A DNA stretch of 64,000 bases from positions 32,800,001-32,864,000 of the forward strand of contig OZ249436.1 in NCBI GenBank assembly GCA_965235115.1. Direction: 5' to 3'. A program made the translations under genes and the position numbers. The notes under the pieces are model-generated. The model worked only from the letters and a program-made list of their open reading frames with translations. It had not been told where the DNA came from and ran no database searches. Source of the stretch: Laetmonice hystrix. Lineage: Eukaryota. Position 1 is the first letter of the stretch; every line of letters starts with the position of its first letter. Shown here piece by piece: positions 35,401 to 47,400 of the stretch.

Positions 35401-38400
35401 CAAAATTGTGTTTTATAATTAGGCGCGAGCCTTAGACAGTGACTGTACAATATGCATAATTTGTATCTAGGCGTATATTTTAAATAGATACACTTATGCA
35501 CCTTACGTCTACAGTAGAAGTCAGTTTTATATCCCTATTTCGTACCAAAGTTTAGTAGTGTGGTCGTAGGAATCGGGAAGCCGTCGTCCAGGATATCTGA
35601 TATACACTCCGTGGGTGAATCCAATGTAAACCGATATAGGTAGATATATTTCGTTCCTTCTGTCCAGATTTTCCCTCCAAATACTCTCGAGGTACAGCCC
35701 CATGTAAACAATTTTGCGCGCTATTTCCTAAGGGAAGAGGATATTGTATGAATTCTGGGGGCTCTACTACTCCACAGTTTTAGTGGATGTAAGGTGTTTC
35801 TACATAGCGGTAGACTTTTTCACATTTGACGTACGTTTTCACATTTGTCGTAAATATTTGTTAAATATGACGGCGGTTTTACATTTAGCGGAATTTTTAC
35901 AAGGTCTCAATCGAAGGATGTACTTTACATAAATTAACATCATGCATTGAACGTCAATCTCTTCTTAAAACTGTATCATCTAGTTTGGATGAATTTGTCG
36001 CTTCGACTAAAGGCAACTAACCTTGAGCCCGTGGTCCATCTTTGTTCTACCCGTTAAAAACAGAGTGAGAAGTCGCACGCTGTCTGCTGTGTCCTTGTAT
36101 CCGGGATATTGAGCAGGGCTCTCATAGGCGGCAGCCGTCAACTTAATCGTACACAGGGCTGGAACATTTGCATGACCACAACTGATATTGCTGAAACCCT
36201 CTACGCTATACCTAAAACTCTTCAACTTCTCCCTAACTGCATCCCAGGAAGAAAAGGGCGAAAAGAGAGCTGAGAACAAAAATGTTTAGTTACAAGTCTT
36301 CTATGATCATTATACCAACGTTATAGAATTTGCTTGTTATTAAACAAAACTAAATTAATAATTAAACAAAATCTTGATCGCAATATTTGTATGGTGCTTT
36401 TTATGGCGAGTCTCGTGTTAGGAAAAAATGAACCTAAGTATTTTGAAAGGCTGAAAGGATTTTCTAAAATTCTTTACTTGGATATACTTCATCGCCACGG
36501 TAGAGGCAGGTTGGGTGTTTGCGTCTGCCGGCAACTTCCCAGTCCAGGTCTAGTCGGTGGTACAGAACCTCATCAGGAACTATCAAGTTTCTCAAAGACG
36601 TTATCATGAAACTGGTATCTTCTGTGACGACACATATCGACAGGTTTGTCCCGGGAATCTAAAACAACATACAAACAAACAAAATTACATTGTGGGTGGC
36701 CAAGTTGGCGAAAACTCCTACCAGATTAGTCTGAGTTGATAACTGTATGACGTGCCGTTATAATAGAATAGAAAATACTAGGATTGTAGGAAATGGCAAC
36801 ATTGAAAACATTGAAATTGAGCAAATAAAAGCTAAATGTGATTATTCAGTATTTTCTCCCTTTATTATAGGGTCCCTAGTACCAGGCATAGATCCCCCCC
36901 CCCCCACCTACCGGACTCCAGGTGTATGTCACTTGGACAGTTATAGGACCTCGGCCGTCGCGGAAGTCATTTGTTTTGTTGAAAGTTTTCTGGCCTCGTC
37001 CTGCGCTGTAAAGGGGAATCCTGGTCGTTTACATTATGAGTACCATTGAGTATGTCTTTTATTATGTTTGTTAAGCAGTCAAAAGGTTTGACGAAAACAA
37101 GTGTCACCAAACAATGTCATGTAAAACGTGAAAATACATGAAGAGGCAACATTTTCCCCATAAACGGCACCCTTAGTTTGGAAGAATAATATAACGTCGA
37201 TGACTAGAAATAGGAGTTTTAGCAAAGAAATTACCATGATACATGTGTAGCCTACTTTGATGATTCTACGAATTAAAGTGCGACAATTCAGGGTGCAAAT
37301 GCACCAGAAGGAATTATGCATCTGATACGTTACATCCGTCTCATATAGCCTTAAAGGAGTATCAACCATTCAAAGGGATTTCTATACGCTATTTCTACCA
37401 TCAGAGTTGCACCCTCAAAGGTAAAAATTCCGCTAAATGTAAAAACACCGTCATATGTAACAAATATTTACGACAAATGTGAAAACGTCCGTCAAATGTG
37501 AAAAAATCGACCGCATATGTAAAAACTACCTTCCGTCAAATGTAAAAAAAAATTACGCTTAATGTGAAAAAGATATTTTACCACATATGTGAAAAACTTT
37601 TACGTCAAATGTGAAAATCCGACTCTCTGTCTAAGACTTTGCTTCCAGTGGCGGATACAGGGGGGGGGGGGGCCTTTGGGCTTAAGGCCCCCCCCCCAGC
37701 TGACTGCAGGGTTATCATTTTCCAGTGTGTCTACGGCGTAGGCCTACCTAAGAGGTTTATACATACATTAAGCCCCCCCCCCAGTTGCAAAATCCTGGAT
37801 GTAGCCCCCTCCAATTGTAAAATCCTGGATGTAGCCCCCCCCCAGTTGCAAAATCCAGGATGTAGCCCCCCAGTTGCAAAATCCTGGATGTAGGCCCTCC
37901 CAGTTGCAAAATCCTGGATGTCGCCCCCAGTTGCAAAATCCTGGATGTAGCCCCCCCCCCCAGTTGCAAAATCCTAGACATAGCCCCCCCCCCCCCAGTT
38001 GCAAAATCCTGGATCCGCCCCTGGCTTCCCCCTCACCTTTCTTACAGTGATCACCGTTGATACGTCGTATGACCCACTGTTGCATATTATGGGCAATGAC
38101 CCCCAGCAAACTCGTCCGGTAGAGTTTTTGGGGCTGATAGTAACAGTGCAGTGTGATCGGTTAGTTTTGCACTATTGCATGCCAAGAAGCAGGAAGCAGG
38201 ACTGAAGGCTCAGGACTGAAACTTTGAAAGTATTCCTCTCGAAAGTGTTTGCTTAGATTTTTTTTTTTATTTGTCTCTTAATCATTGTATGGAGGCTCAC
38301 GATTCAATTTTTTGTAACTCAAGCTCGACTAAAGGCCCAGGACTGAAACTTTGAAAGCTCGACTAAAAGTTTTATATTTGTATCTTAATCATTGTGTCGA

Positions 38401-41400
38401 GGCTCATGATTCAATTTTATATAACATAATGGCCTCAGGTTAGATAAGTTGTTCATTTGCAAAGGTAATTTCTTATCTAATTGATTTTAACACTCTTAGT
38501 CATTGTCAAGACTTGCACTGATGTATTATTTGTTGATATTTAAATATAAATTATATTGAAAGTTAAAAATAAAAGAAAGTTTGTTTTCATTTCAGTCTCA
38601 TTTATACTGTATACCACAATATACTGCAGCATCACAAACCTAGCTCCCACTAAGTTCCTTACTTTAACATTTGGATGTGGGTGAAGTTCAAATTTCTGTG
38701 GGACTGATCTGAAATATGCAGCTTACATTCATATTTTCCGGGTCGACTGTATATATCGAGGGAGTATATAAAGTAATAACCTATAGATCTTTGGTAATCG
38801 AAGTAAAAAGTCATTTTTTACATTTGTCGTAAAAGTTTTTCACATATGTAGTAAAATATTTTTTCCACATTTAGCGTAAATTATTTTTACATTTAGTAGG
38901 GTCCAGAACCTCAATTCCGTGACCATTCTCTGGCTAGTAAGGTTTGATGATTGATTTGACTTCTATGGACCCTTTATAAAAGAATTAGCCCCCATGTCCC
39001 TCCCAAAAATCCTGGCATTTTTTGCCAGAGGCCCTAATCCAAAATGGCCGCCAGCGCCATCTTGAAAAATTAACTTTTGAACCAGAGCACCTAGAATCAT
39101 GTACAAAGACACTTTTTCGAGTAAGTCGACCATGAGGATTCCAAATCTGACATTAGTTTGACTTTAGGACATCATTTACACACAGAAATCCAAGATGGCC
39201 GCCGTCCGGTAGAGCAAAAGCATAACTTTTGTATAGGAGCACCTAGAATCATGAATTAACACATTATATCAGCTAAATCTATAATGGTCACCAAATTGCG
39301 GTCCTGATTAGTGAATTCTTCGGGGGGGGGGGGGGGGGGGATTTTTGTTTGTGTGTGTGTGTGGGGGGGGGGTGTAATTTCATATCTAGTTGGGTCATCC
39401 GTAGCAATTCCGTGACCGTGGAGAGCAAAGGTTGGTTTCATAGTGGATTTGTCTTCTATCAAGGTTAAATAAAAGATTTGGCCCCCATGCCCCTCGCAAA
39501 AATGTGGGCTAGTTAACTCCTTGAGGACCCTAAATCCAAAATGGCCGCCGTCAGCCATCTTGGATATTATCTTTAGAATGGTTTACAATGCCTACAATGC
39601 TGCACAGTATATCGATTTCAAGACTTTTTGGGGCAAAGAATTCATATTTGATGTCATTTTGATTATTTGACCTATTTTTGACCTATTTTTGACCTTCAAA
39701 TTCAAGATGGCCGCCAATTTCCAGCTCAGAAAGGTCAATTGTTCAAAGCCGTCGTAGAGCCTTCACACTAGCCTCTAATGGAGGCTCTTTTCATGCTGAG
39801 TTGAGTTAGAAACAGTAAAACTACAAGTAAATGTATATCTTCTCAGAGGGCCAAAGATAAACATTTGTGGTTGATGAGAAACAAACCTTAGCTCTATATG
39901 GTCATAGAATGACTTAATTATAAGGGCAAAGATAAGTAATTACATTCCATAGTAATGGGGGATGTAGTTACTTACCCATGCCCTAGATACCTAATTCTGG
40001 TGCACGTTATTAATTTATATATATTTTTCAGATCTGTGGTGCGGTGCTCTATAATTTAACGTCATCAATTGAAGGTCAAGAATGAATGAGCAGCAAAGAC
40101 ATTTGAAGTAGATAGTGTAGAGTGGAAGTATAGACTACTGCATTAAATTGAACTCCGGGCCCAAGATTACTGCAAAAATTTGAAAAATATGAAAATATAT
40201 GCTAAATACGCGTTTTCATGGCATCTGGGAACAAAATCCAAGGTCTTGAGTTAGCTGAAAATAGCTAAATAGTTAAAAAAAAAGTTAGTCTGCAAAAATA
40301 AGGGGGATGCACACCGCGTGGGCCCCCATAAATCCGCCTCTGCTAATGGCGTATAAAAGTATTTTGAGCTAATTTTACTAATTTACGTGTGATCAAGCCG
40401 CAGATTATGCTCAACAAACGACACAAAGTAAGAAGGATAGGCCTACCTGGGCGTTTTAAGCCTAGATTTAAGCCTAGATTCAGGCGAGTCCTATGGCTGT
40501 TCTCGCTGGTCAGCGGGTTTTGGTGCCGGTTTGCGGGTCCGAACAGCCAGATGCGGGTCACTTTGGGGGGGGGGGGGTCTGGGGATGTAGTTACTTAACC
40601 ATCATGCCTAGATACCTAATTCTGGTGCACATGTTATTAATTCATCTGATTTACATATCTATTTTCTAGATCTGTGGTGCGGTGCTCTATAATTTAACAT
40701 CATCAATTGAAGGTCAAGAATGAATGAATGCATTCCACATTAACTCTGTCTTAATAGAGTCCACACTTGGACGGTGGAAAATGGTTTTAAGTTTTCCGTG
40801 CTTTCCATCTCGATCCCAAGTTTTTCAAGGTTTTATCTAGCACAGACTGGGATCGAAGCTCGATTATGGCAGCATAGTTTACGGTTCTGCTTGTAAGCCA
40901 TACATACGGCTTTTGGACACGGTTCCAGGGGTTGCGCCTTCCCCTGGGGGCTTTTAGATACGCAGTTAAACTCAGGACGAATAGATTGAATCCAACTTAC
41001 AACTGTGTTTTTCACCCTTAATTTCAACATTAAATTTTGTATAAACGAAATGAAACTTATATAGCCATTTTAGGCCAAGGGTGAAACGTCATTTGTAAGA
41101 GCTGGACTTTGGTCTAAATGTCCTGGGGCAGACAGATTTCTGCAACATTCCTCCTTGGGACCTGAAAAAGCCTGGCATCATTCTTCAGTTGGCTCAACTG
41201 AAGAAGTCAAGAGACTCCCCCAGGCAAGGTATCCCTTGCATTATGCCTTTTATGCTGATGGCTCAAAGGATGGCAATGATGTGTCTGCAGCAGCAGTTCA
41301 GGGCAAGCGCAGTTCAGGGCATACACCAACAACAGTCTATACTTTCACTCTACACTATCTACTTCAAATGTCTTTGCTGCTCATTCATTCTTGACCTTCA

Positions 41401-44400
41401 ATTGATGACATTAAATTATAGAGCACCGCACCACAGATCTGAAAAATATATATAAATTAATAACGTGCACCAGAATTAGGTATCTAGGGCATGGGTAAGT
41501 AACTACATCCCCCATGACTATGGGATGTAATTACTTATCTTTGCCCTCATAATTAAGTCATTCTATGACCATATAGAGCTAAGGTTTGTTTCTCATCAAC
41601 CACAAATGGTTATCTTTGGCCCTCTGAGAAGACCTATATATACATTTACTTGTAGTTTTACTGTTTCTAACTCAACTCAGCATGAAAAGAGCTACCATTA
41701 GAGCCTAGTATGAAGGCTCTACGACGGCTTTGAACAATTGACCTTTCTGAGCTGGAAATTGGCGGCCATCTTGAATTTGAAGGTCAAAAATAGGTCAAAT
41801 AATCAAAATGACATCAAATATGAATTCCTTGCCCCAAAAAGTCTCGAAATCGATATACTGTGCAGCATTGTAGGCCAAACCATATTAAGATAATATCCAA
41901 GATGGCTGACGGCGGCCATTTTGGATTTAGGGTCCTCAAGAAGTTAACTAGCCCACATTTTTGCGAGGGGCATGGGGGCCAAATCTTTTATTTAACCTTG
42001 ATAGAAGACAAATCCACTAAGAAACCAACCTTTGCTCTCCACGGTCACGGAATTGCTACGGATGACCCAACTAGATATGAAATTACCCCCCCCCCCCCAC
42101 ACACACAAACAAAAATCCCCCCCCCCCCCCCCCCCGAAGAATTCACTAAACAGGACCGCAATTTAGTGACCATTATAGATTTAGCTGAAATAATGTGTTA
42201 ATTCATGATTCTAGGTGCTCCTATACAAAAGTTATGTTTTTGCTCTACCGGACGGCGGCCATCTTGGATTTCTGTGTGAAAATGATGTCCTAACGTCAAA
42301 CTAATGTCAGATTTGGAATCTTCATGGTCGACTTACTCGAAAAAGTGTCTTTGTACATGATTCTAGGTGCTCTGGTTCAAAAGTTAATTTTTCAAGATGG
42401 CGCTGGCGGCCATTTTGGATTAGGGCCTCTGGCAAAAAATGCCAGGATTTTTGGGAGGGACATGGGGGCTAATTCTTTTATAAAGGGTCCATAGAAGTCA
42501 AATCAATCATCAAACCTTACTAGCCAGAGAATGGTCACGGAATTGAGGTTCTGGACCCTACTAATTTGACGGAAGGTAGTTTTTACATATGCGGTAGATT
42601 TTTTCACATTTTACGGACGTTTTCACATTTGTCGTAAATATTTGTTACATATGACGGCGTTTTTACATTTAGCGGAATTTTTACATTTGAGGGTGCAACA
42701 CACGACATCTAACTATGAACTTCACCTCATCATGCCCTGTAGAATGTTTGCCGCCTCTGGCGCCCTCTCTACGTCACTGAAGAGAACTGTTTTGTGAATA
42801 GTGCTGCTTTTATCCGGCAGGGGGACGAGGGGATGTAGGAGTACCTTGCCGATGCCATCGATGAGCATTGTGTATGTGTGGGACAGCTCAGGCACTGGGA
42901 AAACCGCATCTTCTATCAGGTTCTGCATTCTGACGACAGTACAGATGACCCCGGCCAGATACCGTAGATGAACAGGCAGGCACGCGTAGGTGACTGCCTC
43001 TGCAGATTTCAAATCTCCGTAAATAAGTAGGCCTAATCATATTTATCAAACCCATAGATCTGACTTTCAAGAGTGAAAAGTAATATTAACTTTAGGAGCA
43101 TCAACTCTGACCCGTGCTTACGTATAGACAACTCGTACGCAAACTCTGATCTACGGAGCCCCTAAGGGGACATGTGGGAATTTTGAGATATTATTTCGTT
43201 TCATCGAATTATATTTAGATCGTTCCAAATATATTTCGTTCCATCGAAATATATTTCAATCCATCGAAATATATTTCGTTGCCTCTAAATCAGCATCGTC
43301 CCTTCGAAATAGATTCCGTTCCCTCCAAATACATTTTGTTCCCTAGAAATACACTTTGTTCCCTCAAAATCCTAATCGTTTCATATTAAAGTTCATATTC
43401 TACATATATTCATACTCACAGACCATAAACAAATCTTTATTACTGAAATATTTGTAAGCATTTAGCCTTAACAAGTCATAAAAGTACATAGAAAGTTCTG
43501 TTAGCAGCTATTTACAACCTTTTAGGAGGTACATTAAACTGGGGGATGTGGATTTCGAGGGAACGAAATGTATATCGAGGGAACGAAATAGATTTCGAGG
43601 GAATGAAATCTATTTGGAGGGAACGAAATAGATTTCGAGGGGATGATACTGATTTCGAGAGAACGAAATCTATTTCTAGGGAATGAAATATATTTCGAGG
43701 GAACGAAACATATTTGGAAGGATCGAAATATATTTCGATGGAACAAAATAATAATAAACAAAATAATTCCCACATGTCCCTTTAGGGGCTCCGTACGATC
43801 CAAGGATGGTTATTAACGATATACTATAGTAGTTTCAATTTTACCTGGTCATGAATGGGAGGTCTATGGTTATTGGGATCGTTATTAACTAGACACTCTC
43901 ATGTACTCCCATCGACGATATCGATTCGTTACCAGACCTCAGCCCCCCCCCCCCCCACCACCGCCACTATAGGCGCTGAAGACAACCACCGACAGAGCAA
44001 TGGACCTAGACCTACACGTACCTGAGCCAAGGTCATCTATTTGTGGAGTCCCGTACGTGACAGTGTCGGCAGACACTCCGTGTCGACTGAACGTGTCGTG
44101 TAATGTGGTTCGTAGTGAGGAAATCTTGTCATCTCCATCTATCAGCAAGGAGCGGCCAGTCTGGGGGGTTCAATGTCAAACAACAAGCGTGTTAATTTGT
44201 GCCTTCTTCACCTGTCAATTGTATGTTTCACAATCTGAACACGTTTAACAGGCACCACACTATACAACTTTCCGATAAAACGAGGTCGGGCTATACAAAG
44301 GCAAAGTCGGCAGAAAAAAAAGAAAAAATAGAAAAGGAATTGTTCCCCTCCTGAAGATGGCCAATAGTTGCCAAGGACCAAGGAAAGTCGCACCAATGAT

Positions 44401-47400
44401 TTGCAAAGCAAATACTGGAACGTAGAAACTATTATCGTGGAATTGTGATTCTATAACAGACTTCACCGGGTGGGTATTTGGGTTTCAACGGTGGGTGTTG
44501 CAACTTGGGACTCTTTTGCCTTGCGAAAAACAGCCGCTCGCCAAAAGTCGACCTGTTTACTCCGACCGTGACGTCAGCACCTCTTATCTTGTGCATTCTC
44601 ACGCTCTCGCCCAACGCGGAAGGGGGGGGGATTCCCCAACATGTGTTTGTAATGTAAACAGACATTCGTCCACATTAGGCTACTTGCTGCAACGGTTGAA
44701 CAGGCAACATGTCACGCACAGGACACAGCTTCAGCTAAAACAACGCAGGAAACGCAAACGAGACATGAGTAGATTTCAGTGTAGATTTTTTTATCGGCGA
44801 TGCATTTAAGCGTTGGGGGGATTTACGGGAGTTGGAGCTGCGACTGAGAACCTCAACTGACAGGTGCACGTCACATGACGCCAAGGAATTTTCCCGTTAG
44901 TTCCTAGTGCCAGTTCAAATGGCGTCTAAGTGCGCAAGAACGAGTTGACCGTGCATGCCTGACGAATTCATGTTAATATATATGTCCGAATTATCGTCCT
45001 TTTCTCAGCTAAAAGGCAGGTATTACCTATGATATCGTTTCTGCTTGATGTTGAAAGCATTTGGGGGGAAGGATAGGAAAATTGTCAACATCGGATGGCA
45101 TCATATAACTTTAACGTAGGTATATAACAAAAGCACCAACCCACCACCACCAGTATCAAGACATACCGTCAGTTCTCCAGCACTGCTGTTTCGAACATCG
45201 TGAACAGCTATATCATGAAGCAGTTTGACTGTCTTCTCCAAGTCATCTGAGCCAGCAGAAACAAATACCAAGTCAAACATGGTCCCTCTAGCGGACGTGT
45301 GTCAGAGTATACTGTCCAACAGTGCAGTTTTGCCAGCTCAAAACAATGTTGTCCAAAATCCTTGGTACTTGGTACTTGGTATTGATACTGCCCTTGGTAT
45401 TATAGTACTATCTTCTCTCTTCCCGACTTACTATGTACAATGTTAATCGTGCTTACTGGGCAGCCGAGGGATGGGGTGTATTAAAGGGGTAATTTGTACC
45501 GAGAGGGCACCTACATGGTTTGCCGACGAGCGCTGTCAGTAGAGCCACAGATCTGCCCAGGCGAGCTTTCTCCTCGGACAGGATGCTCAATATGTCCTCT
45601 TCACTTTCCTCAGATTCGGTCCCGACAAGCAGGACCACTATGGTATCTTAAAGTGAAAATATTTATAAGTGATTTTAACATCTGCTTTTTTCAAATGGTA
45701 GGCCTACATGGCATTGTATTGATGGGAACATGAAAATAGCTCACCTTGTGCAACTTGGAACAATGCTGGCAAGAGCGTTCACTTGCCACTATTCGGTCAT
45801 CGTTATTAAAAAGGGCAAACTGTCAAACCCGAGTTGGCAGAGCCCTGACCACGGGGTTGACTAGTCTAACTACTTGCCATGCAGATGTCTCCCCTGGAAC
45901 CCTCACCCCCTCCGAAATCATGTATGGATCCGCGCCTCAGTTCATTATGCAGGGTCATCAGAAGCTATGCGAAACTGGGCATGATAAATCGTTAATTAAC
46001 CTCTTCAGATTTTAATTGTTGACTTTATCTAGTTGGCCAGACAGGACATGTCCCTCCCACCTGGTTCCGACGCCCTTGACAAGAGTTACATAACAGAATT
46101 TAAGGTCGGACAGCAGGCGTACCTCTACCATAAATAGGGAAGTCTTGACTGTCCTCTTGAAGAATGTCGAATGCCTTTCTGAGGGCGGGTCCCAGGGAAG
46201 GAGACCCGTTAGGCTGCACGTGCCGATTCAGGAATGTGTTCAAGGTGTTCACATTGGCACGTGTGGCGACCGTTAGGGTCTTCGTGTAGCAGTCGAACCC
46301 GGTCGTGTAGGACGTGGTGGTCGGTACCACCGCCACCTGTAGAATAGATTGGTCACCACATGTGCTCTAAAAACGGGCCAAGCGAAGAACGGTCATTTTT
46401 ACTTCTTTCACTTGATGGTGCTAGACAACTTACCCTGTCATAATCCACCAGTGAGGTTAAAATGTCTATCACGGCTTTTCTTTCGAGATCAAAAAGTGAA
46501 GTCCCACTTTGTAGCTCTGTGTCGAAGTTCATGCCCTTGGACGTATCTAACACTATGACGACATCTTTGGGGATTCCCTGCGTCTCTCGATACCACTGAC
46601 TATAAACAACAGTAAGCCTAAAAAAATCAGAGCTGAAAAGCGTGGCCTTTGGAGTTGAGATCACGTGATGTTTAAATTAAAGGCAGGGTAAACACCTACG
46701 GCAAATAAGGCTTCGTAGACCAAATGAAACACCAGCATTTTCTCAATGTATGTACCTGATGTATGACGCCGCTGGTTCTTACCTCGACCTTCTTGTGTGT
46801 TCATCAAAACCGAATGCTGCACACCGCGGCGTATTGCGTAACATTACGTGTTACTCTGCCTACAGACCTTGTCTACACGAGTCCCAACGTTTGTAAACGT
46901 CCGAGGTGTTGAACACACAAGTAGAACCAGCGGCGTCACATATCGGGCAGTTACAGGTTAATTACTTCATTTAGACAACGTAATTGTGCATTTATTGCCC
47001 TGAAGTAAATGCTGGTGTTTCATTTGGTCTACAAAACCTTATTTGCCGTAGGTGTTTACCCTGCCTTTAACGGAGAGAAAGCGAAGTTAGTGATGCAACG
47101 GAAATTACACCTTCAATAAAGATGGAGAGCCCCATTCTTTTATTTAGGCCTGTTGTATTTAAATTCCTTTTCTTCTTTCCTTAGGTCAGTATTGTTCCAT
47201 TCCTTAGAGTTAGGGGTACTTGTCTTTTTAATAGCACAGTTGAACCGATTCATTATGCGTTTTACCCACGATTACATGGGATCTTCCCCAGGCCGGTCGA
47301 AAAAATGCGAAAATACCTACGAAAGGATTAAAAAGCAAACTCACATTGTGGTGGGCAGGGCTAGTTTCTTGCAGACAGCTGGGTAGACGACCATGTCTTC

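Larger units (their letters stand above)
37405..42700. mobile_element. Host TIR element with ~215-bp repetitive TIRs ending ..GGGTGCAACA, interrupted by two younger elements
   Basis: Left TIR 37405-37622 is the reverse complement of 38810-38893 + 42564-42700; no clear TSD. Confidence 0.75.

Noticed and set aside
36159..36279. Longer version of CACHD1-like exon 13 suggested by the ORF track
   Set aside because: Family similarity begins at TIKL and a good acceptor (ttccag) gives the exon edge at 36158
39256..42201. Mirror-image ORFs MADGGHFGFRVLK... on both strands
   Set aside because: They arise from the inverted arms of the foldback element and have no recognisable domain
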